Shown piece by piece: positions 58,812 to 64,000 of a DNA stretch of 64,000 nucleotides. The position numbers and the translations under genes were made by a program. The DNA comes from Alphaproteobacteria bacterium (lineage in GTDB: Bacteria; Pseudomonadota; Alphaproteobacteria; UBA7887): positions 2,848,001 through 2,912,000 of the forward strand of contig CBDCGL010000011.1 in NCBI GenBank assembly GCA_965216755.1, in the 5' to 3' direction. Below the pieces are notes generated by a model, which made no database searches, had not been told where the DNA came from, and saw only the letters and a program-made list of their open reading frames with translations. Numbering within the stretch: the first letter of the stretch is position 1; each line of letters begins with the position of its first letter.

Positions 58812-60797
58812 ATGCCGAAGATGGACCGAGCCTCCGATGACGCCTTGATCGTCTTCACGCCTTCGGGCCGGCGGGGTCGTTTTCCGGTCGGCACCGGCGT
58901 GCTGGACGCGGCGCGCGGGCTCGGTGTTGACATCGATTCGGTATGTGGCGGGCGCGGCCTGTGTGGTCACTGCCAGATCGCGGTCAGCGCTGGTGCCTTT
59001 CCGAAATTCGGATTGACGTCGGCCGCGGAACACCTGTCGCCCAAGGGCGACGTCGAAACGACGTTCGCGGATAGAAACGGGCTAGCCCCTGAACGGCGCT
59101 TGGCATGCGTTGCGGCGGCACTTGCCGATGTTGTGATCGACGTGCCGCAGGAAAGCCAAGTCCATAAGCAGGTGGTGCGCAAGCGGGCCGAAGCGCGCGC
59201 GATCGACATCGACCCCGTGATGCGTCTGCACTTTGTTACGCTGAAACCGCCGCGCCTCGACGACCAGGCGAGCGACAGGGCGCGGCTGGAAAACGCGCTC
59301 GCGGCAGACTGGGGGCTGACCGACCTTGATTGGGACCTCTCGGCCCTACACGCCCTATCTGCCGCTTTGCGTGAGGACAACTGGCAAGCGACCGTCTTGG
59401 TGCGCAACAGCCGGCAGGTCGTCGGTGTGTTGCCGGGGCTTCGTGACCGGCTGTTCGGTCTGGCGATCGATGTCGGCACGACCACCATCGCCGTTCATTT
59501 GTGCGATCTGGCTTCCGGTAGCGTCGAAGCGGCGATCGGCGCCATGAACCCGCAAATCCGGTTCGGCGAAGATGTGATGAGCCGGATCTCGTTTGTTCAG
59601 CTCAATCCGGATCAAGCAGCCGCGCCGACATCGATCGTGCGCGACGCCATCAATCAGCTCGCTAAACAAGCGGCGACGGCCGCCGGCGTTACGCCGGCGG
59701 ATATCGTCGAAGCGACCTTTGTTGGCAACCCGACCATGCATCACTTGCTGTTGGGGCTCAATCCGTTGCAGCTGGGCAGCGTGCCGTTTCCGTTGGTGAC
59801 CGATTCGGCGGTGACGGTGTCTGCGCATGCTCTCGATCTGGATCTTCATCCGGGCGCGCGCTGCTATGTGCTGCCCTGCATCGCTGGCCATGTAGGCGCC
59901 GATACCGCCGGTGTCATCCTGTCCGAGGCACCGCACCAATCGGATGCGTTGATGCTGACTGTCGATATCGGCACCAATGCGGAAATCGTGTTGGGCGACA
60001 AACGCGGCCTGGTCGCCTGTTCCTGTCCGACCGGGCCGGCTTTCGAAGGCGCGCAAATCAGTTGCGGACAAAGGGCCGCACCCGGCGCCATCGAACGCGT
60101 ACGGATTGATCGTGACACGCTGGTGCCGCGCTTCAAGGTCATTGGCTGCGACTTGTGGTCCGACGACCCGGCGTTCGCCGAGGCGGTCGCGACGCTTGGC
60201 GTCACCGGCATCTGTGGCTCCGGCATAGTCGAAGCCGTCGCCGAGATGGTTCTGGCCGGCATTGTCGCGCCGAGCGGCCTGGTCGACGGTCGGGGGCGGC
60301 AAGATCACCCGCACATCGTCCCGACCGGCCGCAGCTTCGCCTATCGCCTGCACGACGGCCCGCCGGCAATGCTGATCACCCAGCATGACGTGCGCGCCAT
60401 CCAGCTCGCCAAAGCCGCCCTGCAGGCCAGCATTCGCCTGCTGATGGAGCAGATCGGCGCGACGGTGGTCGACCGCATCGTGCTGACCGGCGCATTCGGC
60501 ACCTATATCGATCCGTTCCACGCCATGGTGCTGGGAATGATCCCTGAGTGCGATCCGACGCGGGTTGATGCAGCTGGCAACGCAGCCGGCACCGGTGCCC
60601 GCATCGCGCTGCTCAATCGCGCGGCACGCGGCGAGATCGAAACCCTGGCCCGGGCGGTGGAAAAAGTCGAAACCGCCGCCGCGCCACAATTTCAGGACTA
60701 TTTCGTGGCCGCCATGGCCTTTGCCCCAACGGTCGTGGCGGTGGAACGCGACAATGCAGGCGCGGAATCGCCGGCGCCAGCATCCATGAGGACGTAA
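58812..60797 (+). CDS. ASKHA-type ATP-dependent corrinoid reductive activator (RACE/RACo, DUF4445) with N-terminal 2Fe-2S domain
   Basis: CGGRGLCGHC...RLAC; IDVGTTT, NPQIRFGEDVMSR, GHVGAD, DIGTNAE, GPAFEG and GICGSG motifs. Confidence 0.92.
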   Translation: MPKMDRASDDALIVFTPSGRRGRFPVGTGVLDAARGLGVDIDSVCGGRGLCGHCQIAVSAGAFPKFGLTSAAEHLSPKGDVETTFADRNGLAPERRLACVAAALADVVIDVPQESQVHKQVVRKRAEARAIDIDPVMRLHFVTLKPPRLDDQASDRARLENALAADWGLTDLDWDLSALHALSAALREDNWQATVLVRNSRQVVGVLPGLRDRLFGLAIDVGTTTIAVHLCDLASGSVEAAIGAMNPQIRFGEDVMSRISFVQLNPDQAAAPTSIVRDAINQLAKQAATAAGVTPADIVEATFVGNPTMHHLLLGLNPLQLGSVPFPLVTDSAVTVSAHALDLDLHPGARCYVLPCIAGHVGADTAGVILSEAPHQSDALMLTVDIGTNAEIVLGDKRGLVACSCPTGPAFEGAQISCGQRAAPGAIERVRIDRDTLVPRFKVIGCDLWSDDPAFAEAVATLGVTGICGSGIVEAVAEMVLAGIVAPSGLVDGRGRQDHPHIVPTGRSFAYRLHDGPPAMLITQHDVRAIQLAKAALQASIRLLMEQIGATVVDRIVLTGAFGTYIDPFHAMVLGMIPECDPTRVDAAGNAAGTGARIALLNRAARGEIETLARAVEKVETAAAPQFQDYFVAAMAFAPTVVAVERDNAGAESPAPASMRT

Positions 60798-60800
60798 GCG

Positions 60801-61940
60801 ATGACGACGATTACCGGCAAGGACCGCGTGCTTGCCGCCCTGGATCACCAGCAAGCCGATCGGATCCCCATCGACTTTGGCGGCACCTATGCGACGACGA
60901 TCTATTACACCGCCTACGAACGTCTCAAAAAAATACTCAACCTAGACCACGAAACCGTAATCCTGTCCAAGATCAGACGGTTGGCGATTCCAGACGAGTC
61001 AATCCTCGATCGCTTTGATGTCGATACACGTTACTTGGCGCTGGGTGTCTACGAAGGCGATCAAAAGGATCTCGACCAAGACACGTATTTGGACGAGTGG
61101 GGCACGACGTGGCGGACCACCGGCGACGGCCATTATCTGTACGTTGACGGCCCGTTCTTCGGCACCAAACGGCCCCATATCGAAGAATTGGACAACCATG
61201 ACTGGCCTGATCCTGACAATCCCGGCTATTGCCGCGGGCTGGCCGATCGCGCAGCCGCGCTGCGGGCACGCAGCGACAGCGCGATCATCCTCAACCTGCC
61301 ACCAGGGATCGTCCACCAAACCCAGTTCGTGCGCGGCTTCGCCGATTCCCTGAAAGACCTTTATCGCAACCGCGACTTCGCCGCGCGCCTGATGACCATA
61401 ATCGCCGACCTTTGGATCCGCATTGCCGAAAACGCCCTTGAGGCGGTGGGCAACAATGTCGACATCGTGTTTTTCGGCGATGACTTAGCGACACAGCAAG
61501 CCCCGTTATTTAGCCCGGACATATATCGCGAGCTGATTAAACCCCATCATCGGCGCATGGTCGCGGCGCTAAAGGCGCATGATGTGGCGGTCATTTATCA
61601 CAGTTGCGGTGCGGTCTCGTCGCTCATCCAGGACTTAATCGACATTGACATCGATGCCATCAATCCGGTTCAAGTCGGCGCCAAACATATGGATCCAGGG
61701 GCGTTGAAGGACGCTTTCGGCGATCGGGTGACTTTTTGGGGCGGCATCGATACCCAAGGCGTGTTGCCGTTCGGCAGCACGAACGACGTCCGTGCCGAGG
61801 TCGATCGCATGATCGATTGCCTGGGTGCCGGCGGCGGTTACGTGCTCAACAGTGTCCACAACATCCAAGACGACGTGCCGGCCGAGAACATTGTCGCGAT
61901 GTTCGACGAAGCCCGCACATATCGCCCTCGTTGGGCGTGA
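60801..61940 (+). CDS. second URO-D/MtaA-CmuA family protein
   Basis: DRIPIDFG, GDDLATQ, YHSCG, FWGGID and GGGYVLNSVHNIQ motifs; evident paralog of 56991-58148. Confidence 0.85.
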   Translation: MTTITGKDRVLAALDHQQADRIPIDFGGTYATTIYYTAYERLKKILNLDHETVILSKIRRLAIPDESILDRFDVDTRYLALGVYEGDQKDLDQDTYLDEWGTTWRTTGDGHYLYVDGPFFGTKRPHIEELDNHDWPDPDNPGYCRGLADRAAALRARSDSAIILNLPPGIVHQTQFVRGFADSLKDLYRNRDFAARLMTIIADLWIRIAENALEAVGNNVDIVFFGDDLATQQAPLFSPDIYRELIKPHHRRMVAALKAHDVAVIYHSCGAVSSLIQDLIDIDIDAINPVQVGAKHMDPGALKDAFGDRVTFWGGIDTQGVLPFGSTNDVRAEVDRMIDCLGAGGGYVLNSVHNIQDDVPAENIVAMFDEARTYRPRWA

Positions 61941-61970
61941 CCGGCAACGGTCGCTGCGAGAGAGGTGGAC

Positions 61971-62984
61971 ATGACGAATTGCTTGCAGGCCTTATTGGCA
62001 ACCAAGTCGGTGATCATCGCCGACGGCGCCATGGGCACCAGTCTTATGGCGTTGGGGTTCGATTCGCGCGGCGCGACCGAGCTGTGGAACCGTGACCATC
62101 CCGACCAGGTCCGCGCGGTACACGCCGAGTTTCTGGCCGCCGGATCCGATATTATCCTCACCAACAGTTTTGGTGCTAATCGTATGCGCCTCGGGTCGCA
62201 TGGCGCCGCCGATCAAGTTGCGGCCTTGAATGGTGCGGCCGCGGCCCTGGCGCGCGAAGCCGCAGACATATCGGATCGGCCCGTTTTGGTCGCCGGGTCA
62301 ATCGGGCCGACGGGAAAGTTGCCCCGGCCTTACGGCCCCCTCTCCGACGAGGAGGCCTACGATGTTTTCACCGAGCAAGCGGCGGCCCTGGTTGCGGGCG
62401 GCGTCGACCTCCTCTGGCTGGAAACCTTCGCTGCTATCGAGGAGCTGGGGGCCGCGCTCGCCGCAGCGGCGCAAACCGGCATGCCGGTGGTCGCCACCAT
62501 GACATTTGACACCCATGGCCGCACCATGATGGGGGTTACACCGGCAAAGGCACGGCACGCAATCCACGACCAACCCGCGCCGCCAGCCGCGTTTGGCGCC
62601 AATTGCGGTATCGGTCCGGCACCACTTGTCGATAGCCTGCTGGGATTGGCCGCCGCCTCCGGTCCCGACGATGCGATCGTCGCCAAAAGCAACTGCGGCG
62701 TCCCCACCTATCGCGATGGCACGGTCGTCTATGACGGTACGCCGGCAGTCATGGGCCGGTATGCCTGCCTGGCCCGCGATGCCGGAGCGCGCGTGATCGG
62801 GGGGTGCTGTGGCACTACGCCAGAACATATTCAGGCAATGGTTGACGCGTTGGCGGCGGAGCCACGCGCGGCAGCGCCGGACCGCGCCAAGATCGAAATG
62901 GAACTCGGCCCACTGCCGGCGCCGCCGGCCACCGCCCGGCGCGCGCGGGGCGCCCGGCACCGACGCTCGACAAGCGGCTCCTGA
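61971..62984 (+). CDS. homocysteine S-methyltransferase domain protein (Bmt / MetH N-terminal module)
   Basis: ADGAMGT, LTNSFGAN, GSIGPTG, GRTMMG, GANCG and IGGCCGTTPEHI (Zn ligands). Confidence 0.93.
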   Translation: MTNCLQALLATKSVIIADGAMGTSLMALGFDSRGATELWNRDHPDQVRAVHAEFLAAGSDIILTNSFGANRMRLGSHGAADQVAALNGAAAALAREAADISDRPVLVAGSIGPTGKLPRPYGPLSDEEAYDVFTEQAAALVAGGVDLLWLETFAAIEELGAALAAAAQTGMPVVATMTFDTHGRTMMGVTPAKARHAIHDQPAPPAAFGANCGIGPAPLVDSLLGLAAASGPDDAIVAKSNCGVPTYRDGTVVYDGTPAVMGRYACLARDAGARVIGGCCGTTPEHIQAMVDALAAEPRAAAPDRAKIEMELGPLPAPPATARRARGARHRRSTSGS

Positions 62985-62992
62985 CCCGCGCC

Positions 62993-63021
62993 TTGCCGTT
63001 GCCGAACAGCCGCCGTATAAG
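62993..63021 (+). promoter_or_regulatory. sigma70-like promoter of ilvD
   Basis: TTGCCG-N17-TATAAG about 55 bp upstream of the ilvD ATG. Confidence 0.5.
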
Positions 63022-63074
63022 CGGTGGGATCGGATTCCATCCGTGCTGTTATCCAGGAAAAGAGGGTTTCACTT

Positions 63075-64000
63075 ATGCCGGCATATCGGTCTCATCGCAC
63101 AACCCAGGGCGACACCCAGGCCGCCGCGCGCGCGCTGTGGCGCGCGACCGGTACGGCGGAAGCCGACCTGGCCAAGCCGATCGTCGCCATCGCCAATTCG
63201 TTCACGCAATTCGTGCCCGGACACGTGCATCTGAAGGATTTAGGCCAGCTGGTCGCGAAAGAAGTGCAAGCCGCCGGCGCTGTCGCGAAGGAATTCAATA
63301 CCATTGCCGTCGATGACGGCATCGCCATGGGTCATGACGGCATGTTGTACAGCCTGCCGTCGCGTGAGCTGATCGCCGACGCCGTCGAATATATGGTGGA
63401 GGCCCACTGTGCCGACGCGTTGGTCTGCATTTCCAATTGCGACAAGATCACGCCCGGCATGCTGATGGCCGCCATGCGTTTGAACATTCCGACTATTTTC
63501 GTGTCCGGCGGCCCAATGGAAGCCGGCAAGGCGGTGATCGGCCAGGAAGAACAGAAGCTCGACGCGGTTTCAGCGCTGGTCGCCGGTGGCGATCCCAACA
63601 TGGCGGCCGACACGCGTACGGAGATCGAGCGCATCGCCTGCCCCACCTGCGGCTCGTGCGCCGGCATGTTTACCGCCAATTCGATGAATTGCTTGGCCGA
63701 GGCACTTGGGCTGGCATTGCCCGGCAACGGCACCCTGGTCGCCACCCATGCCCATCGGCGCGCGCTGTTCGTGCAAGCCGGCCAGCGCATCGTCGATCTG
63801 CTACGCAGCTACTACGATCAAGACGACAGCAGCGTGCTGCCGCGTCATATCGCCACACGGCAAGCGTTTAAGAACGCCATGACCATGGACATTGCCATGG
63901 GCGGATCCACCAACACCGTACTGCATTTGTTGGCGGCGGCATTCGAGGGTGAAATCGATTTCACCATGGCCGACATTGACCGCATGTCGCGCGAAGTCCC
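63075..64000 (+). CDS. ilvD: dihydroxy-acid dehydratase (partial, runs off the window)
   Basis: Hand translation: MPAYRS...[57 protein letters not shown] and GGSTNTVLH. Confidence 0.95.
   Translation, partial: MPAYRSHRTTQGDTQAAARALWRATGTAEADLAKPIVAIANSFTQFVPGHVHLKDLGQLVAKEVQAAGAVAKEFNTIAVDDGIAMGHDGMLYSLPSRELIADAVEYMVEAHCADALVCISNCDKITPGMLMAAMRLNIPTIFVSGGPMEAGKAVIGQEEQKLDAVSALVAGGDPNMAADTRTEIERIACPTCGSCAGMFTANSMNCLAEALGLALPGNGTLVATHAHRRALFVQAGQRIVDLLRSYYDQDDSSVLPRHIATRQAFKNAMTMDIAMGGSTNTVLHLLAAAFEGEIDFTMADIDRMSREV

Overview
GC-rich chromosomal segment of an alphaproteobacterium, probably Rhodospirillales-like. This is inferred from the class I LysRS, the rpsP-rimM-trmD-rplS-leuCDB block, the argD-argF-hslO block and a CtrA box. 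About 60 CDSs were found; no rRNA, tRNA, CRISPR array or transposase was recognised. Housekeeping blocks: leuBDC, rplS-trmD-rimM-rpsP-ffh, dapF-mtaB-ftsY-yciB, a DinG-family helicase gene and lysS, argD-argF-hslO, mscL and ilvD (partial). The accessory modules, in order, are (1) a secreted caspase-family protease fused to a prokaryotic YEATS domain; (2) a Fur-boxed two-gene FtrD/FtrA-like iron-uptake unit lacking ftrB and ftrC; (3) a Fic-HTH gene preceded by a repeated palindrome; (4) a copper island probably under two-component control (Tat-exported type-C two-domain multicopper oxidase, putative outer-membrane barrel, CusF-like and Met/His-rich proteins, and a PCuAC protein fused to an apparently circularly permuted CusF) with no efflux pump; and (5) a ~12 kb co-oriented run: a 2-oxoacid oxidoreductase whose delta subunit is interrupted by a GltD-like flavoprotein, a CblC-like Fe-S protein, and a split cobalamin-dependent methyltransferase/methionine-synthase cluster with two URO-D-fold proteins instead of a pterin-binding module. 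Modules 5, 4 and 1 are the best candidates for undescribed biology. All calls come from reading motifs by eye; no database searches were run, and several start codons are estimates.
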